Origin: Candidatus Nanohalobium sp.
GTDB lineage: Archaea > Nanohalarchaeota > Nanosalinia > Nanosalinales > Nanosalinaceae
Length of the DNA stretch: 28,654 nt
Assembly: GCA_042217555.1 (NCBI GenBank)
Contig: JBDGSL010000042.1
Location: 1-28,654, forward strand
Direction of reading: 5' to 3'
This document shows, piece after piece, positions 16,998-24,783 of the stretch. The translations under genes and the position numbers were made by a program. How positions within the stretch are numbered: the stretch's first letter is position 1; every line of letters begins with the position of its first letter. The notes beneath the pieces are model-generated. The model was not told the DNA's origin. It made no database searches and was given only the letters and a program-made list of their open reading frames with translations.

Positions 16998-17423
16998 TTA
17001 GAGCCTGGTGATGTTGATGCCTTCTCCTGTCTCCACGGATGCTTCAAGTATGTCGCCTTCTCCGGTGCTTTCGATGGAGTAACTTCCTGCTTTCTGATCA
17101 ATCAGGTGCTCCAGTTTCCCTCTCAGCTTTCCTATCTCTCCGGCTTTTTCAAGGGGGTCTCCTTCGTACTGTTCAGATACTCCGCCGCCGGCTATCACAA
17201 CTTCGTAGTTAGGGTCAAGGCTTTCCAGGAACTCTTTTCCAGGGTATTCGGTACTTGCTCTTGCGGCCAGTGCCTCGTCTTCTTCCTCGTTGTATGCCAG
17301 TACTGCCAGGTCTTCCACTACACCCATATTCAGTTTTCCCTCAGTGATACGGGCGGTTCCTGGTTCGTACATGTTGTAGTTTTCGCCGTTCTCCACGGTT
17401 ACGTCAAGGAAATCTTCTGCCAT
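16998..17423 (-). CDS. Hypothetical protein
   Basis: 141-aa acidic ORF; no recognisable motif. Confidence 0.65.
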   Translation of the reverse strand: MAEDFLDVTVENGENYNMYEPGTARITEGKLNMGVVEDLAVLAYNEEEDEALAARASTEYPGKEFLESLDPNYEVVIAGGGVSEQYEGDPLEKAGEIGKLRGKLEHLIDQKAGSYSIESTGEGDILEASVETGEGINITRL

Positions 17424-17496
17424 GTTTCCTGTAGAGCCGTCAACTTCTTTTAACTTTGTGTTACTGTCTTAAGCTTTGGAACTGCATCAGGGTTTA

Positions 17497-18015
17497 ATGG
17501 TTTACACGGGTAGAGGTGACGGCGGTGAGACGGACCTTTCCTCGGGTGAGAGGGTTTCTAAGGCGGATGAAAGGATAAAGGCCTGCGGTACGGTCGACGA
17601 GTTGAACTCTTTAACCGGGGTTTGCCGGACACATGCGGAAGATAAAAAGGAGTTGCTGGAAGATCTTCAGAACGATCTTCATATTTTACAGGCGGAGCTT
17701 TCCAACCTTGAACCTGGTGAAAGGATAACAGAGGAGAACGTGGAGAAAATTGAGGAGCTATGTGACCGTTATCAGGAGAAATGCCCGCCTCTCAGAGACT
17801 TTGTCCTGGCAGGAGGTACGAAAGCAGCAGCACATCTGCACCAGGCACGTTCAGTGGCGCGGAGAGCAGAGAGAAAGATAGTGGAGCTGGAGGAAAAACA
17901 GGAAGTAAGGAGAGAAGTTAAGGCCTACATCAACCGTTTAAGCGATTTATACTTCCTTATGGCGAGACATGAAAACCATCTGGAAGACAGGGAAGAGAAA
18001 AACCCGGAGTACTGA
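17497..18015 (+). CDS. PduO-type ATP:cob(I)alamin adenosyltransferase
   Basis: YTG.GD.G.T, G.VDELNS, F.L.GG, LH.AR..ARRAER, Y.NRLSD..F..AR. Confidence 0.92.
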   Translation: MVYTGRGDGGETDLSSGERVSKADERIKACGTVDELNSLTGVCRTHAEDKKELLEDLQNDLHILQAELSNLEPGERITEENVEKIEELCDRYQEKCPPLRDFVLAGGTKAAAHLHQARSVARRAERKIVELEEKQEVRREVKAYINRLSDLYFLMARHENHLEDREEKNPEY

Positions 18016-18026
18016 CGGAAAAGCTC

Positions 18027-18478
18027 TTATTTTCTGTCCTGCAGTGCCTGTTCTGTGAACTCGCCTATTCTGTCGATGTATTCGTCGCTCATCTCTCCTA
18101 TCTTCCACCTCTTGTTGTTGCTGCTTCCGTAGGTGTCGATCAGGTTCATTTCCTCGTAGACAGTAAGGGTTCTGCCTATGTGCCTGGCCAGGTCTTCTGC
18201 AACCTTATTCGTGTCTGCACGGCCTCCACGGTTAGATCTTCTTCCTCGATGCTGTAGGGAAGCTTTTCTTCCAGTAGCCGGGCTGTTTCCTCTTCTTCAT
18301 CGACCAGCTCGCTGTATACCTTGTCGATCTTTTTCGCGATCTTCCTTGAAGACCCGATGTTAAGGTCTATATGTTTCAGCGGTGGCAGAACCATTCTGTG
18401 TTTTTCCAGATCGCCTTTCTGATAACTGTCAAGCCGGTCAAACTCTTCCCTGAACTCCTCGTACCCTGGATTATGCAC
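18027..18478 (-). pseudogene. Winged-helix-like paralog 1, one-base frameshift near 18215
   Basis: The track ORF 18176..18478 continues in the -1 frame as DTNKVAEDLARHIGRTLTVYEEMNLIDTYGSSNNKRWKIGEMSDEY...QDRK*, which aligns with the C-termini of the next three genes. Confidence 0.7.
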
Positions 18479-18485
18479 GGTCTAT

Positions 18486-19016
18486 TCACCAGTTGTCGTA
18501 CTCTTCTTCAAGGTCTGACATCAGTCTTTCAACTTCGTTGAGGGAATCCCTGTCTAGCTTGTGTATGGACCATTTCCAGTACGATTTGTTGTCTGCCCTG
18601 TTTTCTCTGTCTCTCCATGTATCTGCCAGGCCCATCTCTTCCATAGGTATTAGTACTCCTCCTATGCTAGAAGCTATTCTTCTCTTGGCTTCTTTAAGGT
18701 CTTCACCGTCAGGATAGTCTTCCTCCTCCAGTTCGTACTTATCCTGGATTTCCATGTAGAGTTCCTGGTGTTCACCGGAAGGATCGCCTGGATTCTCTAG
18801 AAAGTCCTTGTATGATCCTAAGATCTTGTTGGCAATCTTTGACGTAGCTGCAAAGTTCAAACCCTCGTCACTGAAGGCCTTCAGGGCGTCAATGGCAAAC
18901 CCGTAATTACGTTTCAAATTCGAATGGGAAGACGGAGACATTCCCTCCAGCACCTCCATGGCTTCACCCATGTCGATACCGACTTCATAATCGTCTTCCT
19001 TTTGAGTGCTGCTCAA
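18486..19016 (-). CDS. Winged-helix-like paralog 2
   Basis: TTG start 10 nt after GGAGG; IGGVLIPMEEMGLADTW...WKWSIHKL...LMSDL. Confidence 0.7.
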   Translation of the reverse strand: MSSTQKEDDYEVGIDMGEAMEVLEGMSPSSHSNLKRNYGFAIDALKAFSDEGLNFAATSKIANKILGSYKDFLENPGDPSGEHQELYMEIQDKYELEEEDYPDGEDLKEAKRRIASSIGGVLIPMEEMGLADTWRDRENRADNKSYWKWSIHKLDRDSLNEVERLMSDLEEEYDNW

Positions 19017-19089
19017 CTCTTGGTAACCTCCTTTCAACCACAAACAAAAACAAGGAAGTTTTTTATAACTGGACGGATACAAAAAAGTT
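19006..19089 (-). promoter_or_regulatory. Duplicated promoter/RBS/start block, copy A
   Basis: Matches 19717..19797 except for a 3-nt indel and one substitution; contains TTATAAAA, GGAGG and TTG-AGC-AGC-AC. Confidence 0.85.
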
Positions 19090-19115
19090 GGTTTTTGGTG
19101 GGGGGAAGTGGGTTT

Positions 19116-19727
19116 TCACCAGTTGTATCTGTCGCCGAGGTCTGACATAAGCTGTCTTGTATCCTCTATTTCCTGTTCTTCAAGTTCTCCGATTTGGTAT
19201 CTCCAGTTGGAGCTTATGTTGGGTCTTTCCTCCTTTTCTCTCCATGTCTCCACTATATCCAGCTTTTCGAGAAACTTCATCACATAACCGAATCTCTGTG
19301 TCAGTTTCTGGGAGTTTGGAAGGTTTTTACCTGAGAAATCTTCTTCACTGAACTCATAACTTCTATCTAACTTCTCTACTATCTCTTTCTTTTTCCCGGA
19401 TAGCTCTCCGGTTTCATCATTGAAAAAATGTTCCTGGTACCATTTCAGGGATCTGTTTCTCATCATGGGGGTGGAGGCCTGGTTTGTGTTATCTTTCTCC
19501 ACGTCAAGGTAGTTCAGGACCAGTTCATAGCTCTCTCCGATTTTACTTCTGTTATTGAAAACTCCTCCGCCGCTTCTGTCTCTGGGAGGATCTAACTCTG
19601 ATATATCGGTTTCTCTACTGTAGATTATCTCTCTTTCTTCTTCAGAGTCATCTTTTTCCAGAAGATCTACGGCCTCTTCAAAGCTGACACCTATCTCATC
19701 GTAATACATTTCTCCTGTGCTGCTCAA
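19116..19727 (-). CDS. Winged-helix-like paralog 3
   Basis: TTG start after GGAGG; FGYVMKFLEKLDIVETW...WRYQIGEL...LMSDL. Confidence 0.7.
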   Translation of the reverse strand: MSSTGEMYYDEIGVSFEEAVDLLEKDDSEEEREIIYSRETDISELDPPRDRSGGGVFNNRSKIGESYELVLNYLDVEKDNTNQASTPMMRNRSLKWYQEHFFNDETGELSGKKKEIVEKLDRSYEFSEEDFSGKNLPNSQKLTQRFGYVMKFLEKLDIVETWREKEERPNISSNWRYQIGELEEQEIEDTRQLMSDLGDRYNW

Positions 19728-19797
19728 CTCTTGGTAACCTCCTTTCAACCACAAACAACATGGAAGTTTTTTATAACTGGACGGATACAAAAAAGTT
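19717..19797 (-). promoter_or_regulatory. Duplicated promoter/RBS/start block, copy B
   Basis: Near-identical to 19006..19089. Confidence 0.85.
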
Positions 19798-20184
19798 TTA
19801 CGGGTTTGAGAGTATTTCTCTGACTTCTTCTGCGTCTTCTTCCGTGAATTCGCTGTAGAGGTAGGTGGGTTTGTTGGCTTCCTTCCAGACGTCCAGGTGT
19901 CCTAACTCTTTAGTTAAGGCTGAGGCCATGCCGAAGTGCTGTTTAAACTCTTTCTTATCTTCAAGTCCGTTTTCTGTGTAGCTGAAGTCGTCATCCAGTT
20001 CCTCGATGACTTCTTGACTGTAGGGATCGTCTTTTCCAAAAGTGTTAGCCACGGTAGCCGGCTTTTTAGAGGATTCCAGCTCCGCCATCACGTCAAGAAG
20101 ATAGGTTCTCTTCCGCAGTGAAGCAGCCCAGACTTCCATATACTGATCTTCCTCACTGTCAAAGTACTCTTCAACTTTCGACAT
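19798..20184 (-). CDS. Winged-helix-like paralog 4 (most diverged)
   Basis: FGMASALTKELGHLDVW...TYLYSEF.EEDAEEVREIL aligns loosely with paralogs 1-3. Confidence 0.6.
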   Translation of the reverse strand: MSKVEEYFDSEEDQYMEVWAASLRKRTYLLDVMAELESSKKPATVANTFGKDDPYSQEVIEELDDDFSYTENGLEDKKEFKQHFGMASALTKELGHLDVWKEANKPTYLYSEFTEEDAEEVREILSNP

Positions 20185-20218
20185 TAGAAAACACCGGGAA
20201 AAATCGGAAGCGTTGATT

Positions 20219-20971
20219 TCAAAGCTTTCTGTTCCAGTCTTCGGTTGAGAATTTTTCCCCGGCTTTTTTCTCGGCTTTCTCCAGTTCTTCTTCTGTGAGT
20301 GTGTCTTCTTCGTGTGTTTCTGCGTTTTCTTCCACGAATTTTTCGATCATCTTCCGGATGACTTCTTCTCTGGAGTGGTCGATGTGGTCGGAAACCCTTG
20401 AGACACGTTTCTCAGCTGATTTCACTGCCTTGTCCGATACTTTCTCCTTTCCGATACGGAGCACTCTCAGCATCTCTGCCGTGTCCAGATCGTAGCTCAT
20501 GGTTGTGTGGTGAAGTACTGCGTTACCTCTGCGAAGCTGCGCTGCACCGCCAAGCTTTCCATCAGGATGCTCTATATCGTTGAGAGGTTCGTAGCTTGCG
20601 TCTGCGCCCAGCTCCTTCAACGCCTTCACTGCAAAACTGTCAAGTTCCCGGTAACTCTCTCTTATATCAGACGGTGCTTCTTCTTTCGGAAGGTAAAGTG
20701 AGTAAGTTATAACGTTTCCTGGCTCGGCAAACATTGCACCGCCGCCTGTAAGCCTTCTAACTACTTCTATATCGTTTTCCTCTGTGTATTCGTGTTCAAC
20801 CTCGTCCCTGTAGCTCTGGAACCGTCCTATTGGAACGCTGGGGTTTTCCCTGTACCAGAAACGTAGCGTCGGCCTCATATCACCTGACTTCATCTTCTCC
20901 GTCAGTACCTCGTCGATAGCGTGGTGCATCGCCTCACTGTATTCACCGCTGTTTATCAACCGCAGTTTCAC
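20219..20971 (-). CDS. lplA: Lipoate-protein ligase A, catalytic subunit
   Basis: AIDE, PTLRFW, IGRFQ, RRLTGGGA, NDI...KLGGAAQ, LHHTT. Confidence 0.92.
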   Translation of the reverse strand: MKLRLINSGEYSEAMHHAIDEVLTEKMKSGDMRPTLRFWYRENPSVPIGRFQSYRDEVEHEYTEENDIEVVRRLTGGGAMFAEPGNVITYSLYLPKEEAPSDIRESYRELDSFAVKALKELGADASYEPLNDIEHPDGKLGGAAQLRRGNAVLHHTTMSYDLDTAEMLRVLRIGKEKVSDKAVKSAEKRVSRVSDHIDHSREEVIRKMIEKFVEENAETHEEDTLTEEELEKAEKKAGEKFSTEDWNRKL

Positions 20972-21258
20972 TGTCCATCACCTTCTCCGTCAACCGCTTT
21001 CCTGACTGCTTCAGCGACATCTTCTGGTGAGAAACCAATCATCTCCCCATCCAGTTCACCTATCTCTTTCTCAAGCTTCCGGGAGTCGAAACCTGTTTCC
21101 AGGCCTTCAATCTTCTCCTCTATTTCCTGAAGTTTTTCAGGAGGCTCCAGGAAGAAGTCGCCTCTAACCTCTGCATCGACAATTTCCTCTTCTCGAAGCT
21201 TTAACTTGACGTTCACCATCTTCCCCTCCGGAACTTTTAGAGATGCCTCTGCGTTCAT
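20968..21258 (-). CDS. lplB: Lipoate-protein ligase accessory subunit (LplB / C-terminal domain)
   Basis: KVPEGK, GDFF..P.E....IE..I.G; GTGA overlap with lplA. Confidence 0.85.
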   Translation of the reverse strand: MNAEASLKVPEGKMVNVKLKLREEEIVDAEVRGDFFLEPPEKLQEIEEKIEGLETGFDSRKLEKEIGELDGEMIGFSPEDVAEAVRKAVDGEGDGQ

Positions 21259-21314
21259 GGAAAACGGTTGGTTCACCCATACCTAAATACGTTTCCGGGA
21301 CGTACAGCTTTCCC

Positions 21315-22091
21315 ATGCCACGGACGGAAAACGGTATACACTACGAGAAGTTCGATGGAGAAGGCGTTCCTGTCATATTTATACACGGCTGGACAGACTC
21401 CATCAACGGATGGAGCAAGGTAAAGGAACACCTGGACATAGATAACCCGAAGATATTCTACGACCAGAGATGCCACGGAGACTCAATCTGCACAGGTTTC
21501 AACATGGATAAACTGGCCGAAGACCTGAAACAACTTATCGAGGAAGAAGAACTGAACAACCCTTTGCTGGCAGGTCATTCTCTCGGCGGCATGACCGCAT
21601 TAAAGTATATCTCCAGTTTTCAGAACTTTTCAGCAGTACTCCTGATAGGATCACCGGCAGACACACCTGAACCTGTCAACGAAAACCCGCGGTACTTCCT
21701 GGAAAAACTCAGTGAAATGGACAGAGAGAAGTGGGCGGAAAAAATCGTTGAAAACTACACAGGAAGCCAGGCAAGCAGAGAACTGAAAAACTCCTCACAG
21801 AAACTACTGGAACAAACCGATGAGAAAACACTGAGAAACGGCCTAGAAGCCATGATAAACTACGACGTGAAGAACTCTCTTCCCTCAAAAGTAAAGGCAC
21901 ATGTTGTAGGAGGAAGAAACGACGGAGCGATAACAGAGGAAAAGATAAACGAGACAGCAGAACTTCTCAACGCAGAGAAAACACTCCTGGACTCCAGCCA
22001 CCTCATGCTACAGGAAAAACCAGAGAAAATAGCAGAACTCATCACCGATTTCACAGACAAAAATATATCCGGAGACAATAAATACCGGTAA
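21315..22091 (+). CDS. Alpha/beta fold hydrolase
   Basis: FIHGW, DQR.HG.S, GHSLGG nucleophile elbow, G..D, SH...EKP. Confidence 0.9.
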   Translation: MPRTENGIHYEKFDGEGVPVIFIHGWTDSINGWSKVKEHLDIDNPKIFYDQRCHGDSICTGFNMDKLAEDLKQLIEEEELNNPLLAGHSLGGMTALKYISSFQNFSAVLLIGSPADTPEPVNENPRYFLEKLSEMDREKWAEKIVENYTGSQASRELKNSSQKLLEQTDEKTLRNGLEAMINYDVKNSLPSKVKAHVVGGRNDGAITEEKINETAELLNAEKTLLDSSHLMLQEKPEKIAELITDFTDKNISGDNKYR

Positions 22092-22107
22092 AAGAGAACA
22101 AAAACTT

Positions 22108-22821
22108 ATGTCAACCCTCCAGGTAACCGACAGAAACCAACACTCAGGAAACCAGGATATACTTGAACAAAGCCCCGAAGAACTTCTCGAAGAGGCAGAA
22201 GTTGGAAAGTTACACGCGGAAAACGCTGAGGAAGGGATCAAAGCCCAGGACGCAGTAAAAGAAGAAGTAGTCTATATCACCTACGGACCTGAACCTGAGA
22301 TAGTAAGAGGTAGAACCGAGGAAAAGAAGGACTACCCCGACATAAATGAAGAAACCCGCTGGACAGGAGGAAACTCCATAATAACCGGGCCAGAATACCG
22401 TGAAGTTATCACACGGATAGACGATCTAGACCTCGTTGAACTCGCAAACCAGTTAACTCCCGAATATTACGAAAGAAGAAATGGAGAAATATACAGAGAA
22501 GACAGTAAAGCAGTAGGAGCAGCCTCATACTATGACGGCGAAAACTTCCTTAAAGGAATATCCTTTAGAACGGACGCACCATCTGAACAAACACTTGACA
22601 CAGTAGAAAAAGAATTAGAGAACACCGATAAAACAAGACAGGACTACCTTGAAAACATCACTCCCGCACCAGAACTGGAAAAAATAACAGAACATGCCTC
22701 AACAACCTACAAAACAGTCGAAGACATCGAAGAAAACACCCAGAAACCCACACCGATCAACTATACAGAACCCGCACTCTGCGTTCTCAACAAGAAACAG
22801 ACAAACCAGTTAAAAAAATAG
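22108..22821 (+). CDS. Divergent lipoate/biotin ligase-fold protein
   Basis: TRWTGGNSII resembles RRxTGGGA; GEIY..DSKAVGAA resembles NDI...K.gG.A. Located next to lplA/lplB. Confidence 0.5.
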   Translation: MSTLQVTDRNQHSGNQDILEQSPEELLEEAEVGKLHAENAEEGIKAQDAVKEEVVYITYGPEPEIVRGRTEEKKDYPDINEETRWTGGNSIITGPEYREVITRIDDLDLVELANQLTPEYYERRNGEIYREDSKAVGAASYYDGENFLKGISFRTDAPSEQTLDTVEKELENTDKTRQDYLENITPAPELEKITEHASTTYKTVEDIEENTQKPTPINYTEPALCVLNKKQTNQLKK

Positions 22822-22843
22822 CCCGCACCTATCTATAACACAG

Positions 22844-23041
22844 AAAGGCCTCCAACGCTCGAGTTAAGTGAGGCTTTCGAAAGCCGCCGAAGTGCGGCTT
22901 CAGATGACGCAGGCTTTCCAAAAAAGTCTGCTCAAAGCACGAACTCAAACAAGAACTCAAGGAGTTTTCGAACTCTCTAACTGAGTTTGCGAGTTCGAAG
23001 ATCCAGAAGGATCTTCTGTGACTAGCAGATTTTCAATCTGC
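22844..23041. repeat. Array of short inverted repeats upstream of tRNA-Leu
   Basis: GGCTTTCGAAAGCC, AAGCCGC..GCGGCTT, GCAGGCTTT..AAAGTCTGC, TTCGAACTC..GAGTTCGAA, GAAGATCC-AGAA-GGATCTTC, GCAGATT-TTC-AATCTGC. Confidence 0.8.
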
Positions 23042-23198
23042 GAGGGTAGCCAAGTGGTCAAAGGCGCAGCGTTGAGGACCAAACTGCTGTCAGTTTGATC
23101 AACAGAGAGCATTCAGCCTTCGGCTGAACGCACTACAGTAGTCTGGATTAAATGCGCTGTCCCGTAGGGGTTCCGGGGTTCAAATCCTCGCCCTCGCA
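23040..23198 (+). tRNA. tRNA-Leu(GAG) with 76-nt intron (23078..23153) at position 37/38
   Basis: Acceptor GCGAGGG/CCCTCGC, anticodon stem CAGCG/CGCTG, long variable arm, TTCAAAT loop. Relaxed BHB (TTGA/TTAA helix) followed by a 12-bp intron stem with one mismatch. Confidence 0.93.
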
Positions 23199-23383
23199 AA
23201 TATTCTATCTGAAATTTGCTTGGGTTGCAGAAAATCTCTGATTTTCGAACCTCGCAAACAAGTTTTTGTTTTCGTTGGTTTTGAGCTTTTCAATGTCTTT
23301 TTTCTGTGGTGAGTTGGCCTGTTCAGCAGTTGTTTAAAGAGAAAAAGAGGAGGGGAAGTGGTAAGGGTGGAAGGTTAGGTGAA

Positions 23384-24223
23384 CTAGCCGAAGATGCTGC
23401 TGAGCATTTCGCTGACGAATCCAGGTCTGTTGGAGTTTTCTTCAGGGCCTTCTGCTTCTGCGTTTGCTTCTGTTCCCATTTCTTCGTCTTTTGTCTCTGC
23501 TTCTACGCTTCCGTTGACTGTTGTTTCATCTTCTTCCGTTCTGTTCTGTTGTCTGTCTCTGGCCTCGGTGCTGGACTCGTTGCTTTTCTGTCCTGTGTCG
23601 TCTTCTCTGTTCTGTCCGGGTGCTTTTTCTCTTACCTTTCTGGCTCTGTCACTTGCCTCGTCCGGAAGATCTTCTCTGGTCTTTTCCTTTTCTTCGAGCT
23701 TTCTCTCAGGTTCTTCCTTTTTCTGTCTCAGCTCTCTGTTCTTTTCCTGAAGGTTCGAGATTTTTTCACGCAGGTCCTGGATTACGTTCATTGCCTCGCT
23801 CAGGTTCTGAATGTCGCTATCTTCCTGTGTTTCGTTTTCACCTGTTTCTTCATCTTTGGTTTCTTCCTGCTTGATATCTACATCCAGTTCAACTACTTCT
23901 CCCGTGGAGGCGTTTACCCGGGCTTCTGCTTTGCTCTCACCGCGGACAAACTCGAACTTGTAAATGTTTTCCTCAGAGCTTGACTCGTCCAGAACCCAGT
24001 TATCTCCTGGAAGCGACTTCCTGACTGCTTCTTCAGCTGCTGGAAGCTCTACCTGTGACTCCAGCTGTGCCTCAACCTTGCCGCTTACCTCTGAATCGAC
24101 AACTGATTCAATGCCGTCACTGTCACCGTATGACTTCATATCTCCGTCAACCTGTGCCGCTGCCGGCAGAACCGCAGCCATCAGAAACCCGGCCGCCAGC
24201 AAACTCTTACTGATATAACTCAT
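23384..24223 (-). CDS. Secreted acidic protein with PepSY-like domain, coiled coil and low-complexity tail
   Basis: Signal peptide ending AAA-Q; YKFEF...ARVNASTGEVV; amphipathic C-terminus GFVSEMLSSIFG. Confidence 0.7.
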   Translation of the reverse strand: MSYISKSLLAAGFLMAAVLPAAAQVDGDMKSYGDSDGIESVVDSEVSGKVEAQLESQVELPAAEEAVRKSLPGDNWVLDESSSEENIYKFEFVRGESKAEARVNASTGEVVELDVDIKQEETKDEETGENETQEDSDIQNLSEAMNVIQDLREKISNLQEKNRELRQKKEEPERKLEEKEKTREDLPDEASDRARKVREKAPGQNREDDTGQKSNESSTEARDRQQNRTEEDETTVNGSVEAETKDEEMGTEANAEAEGPEENSNRPGFVSEMLSSIFG

Positions 24224-24269
24224 TGGTATACTAGAATAAGACACGGCCTGTATTTAAAGAAAACGGCGG

Positions 24270-24449
24270 TCAAACTGAACTGGTCATGAGATAGCCTATG
24301 ACTGTCGCACCCATAAACGTTATCGTAGCACCGCCGGCGTAGTAAAGTATCTTCCACTCTCTTGGCAGCATAGTACCTATCCCCATGACGACAAAACCTC
24401 CAAAGAAAAGGATTATCCCTCTAACTATGTTCTTGTACCGGCCTGCCAA
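24270..24449 (-). CDS. 59-aa two-TM membrane protein (not in ORF track)
   Basis: TTG start after AGGAG: MAGRYKNIVRGIILFFGGFVVMGIGTMLPREWKILYYAGGATITFMGATVIGYLMTSSV. Confidence 0.6.
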   Translation of the reverse strand: MAGRYKNIVRGIILFFGGFVVMGIGTMLPREWKILYYAGGATITFMGATVIGYLMTSSV

Positions 24450-24581
24450 AATAAACCAACTCCTGAAAAAACAATTCTCTCACTAGTTAATAAAGTTTCC
24501 TACAAGTAACTTCTTCTCACCTGTTCTCCCTGTCAGAAATTAAAAAGGTTCGCAACCCGAAACAACTTTACAACTACTAAC

Positions 24582-24656
24582 GGTGGAGGTAGGTTAGCTG
24601 GTCTATACTCCGACCTTGTGGCGGTCGGGACGCGGGTTCAAATCCCGCCCTCCGCC
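24582..24656 (+). tRNA. tRNA-His(GTG), no intron, genomically encoded G-1
   Basis: G-1 plus GTGGAGG/CCTCCGC and C73; anticodon arm CGACC-TTGTGGC-GGTCG; T-arm GCGGG-TTCAAAT-CCCGC. Confidence 0.95.
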
Positions 24657-24783
24657 CTTTGATAGACTGTTCTTAAGTGTTCTTGCTGCTGAAGAGAGAT
24701 GTGAACTCCATTGAAGAACAACTGTAATAAATTACCGAGATATTGGAATAGATTTAAAAACTCATGTAACTATTTACTGTTGT

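Noticed and set aside
19017..19082. Shared N-terminal peptide MYPSSYKKLPC..LWLKGGYQE in two track ORFs
   Set aside because: It is the translation of the duplicated promoter/RBS DNA; the real starts are more likely the TTG after GGAGG.
22844..23039. RNase P RNA or SRP RNA
   Set aside because: Could not find the P4 consensus (GAGGAAAGTCC) or the SRP helix-8 motif by eye.
23078..23153. Box C/D guide RNA inside the tRNA-Leu intron
   Set aside because: Only a weak TTGATCA and one CTGA buried in a stem; no convincing C/D-C'/D' layout.
23306..23983. 225-aa hydrophobic plus-strand ORF
   Set aside because: Antisense shadow of the acidic secreted protein 23384..24223.
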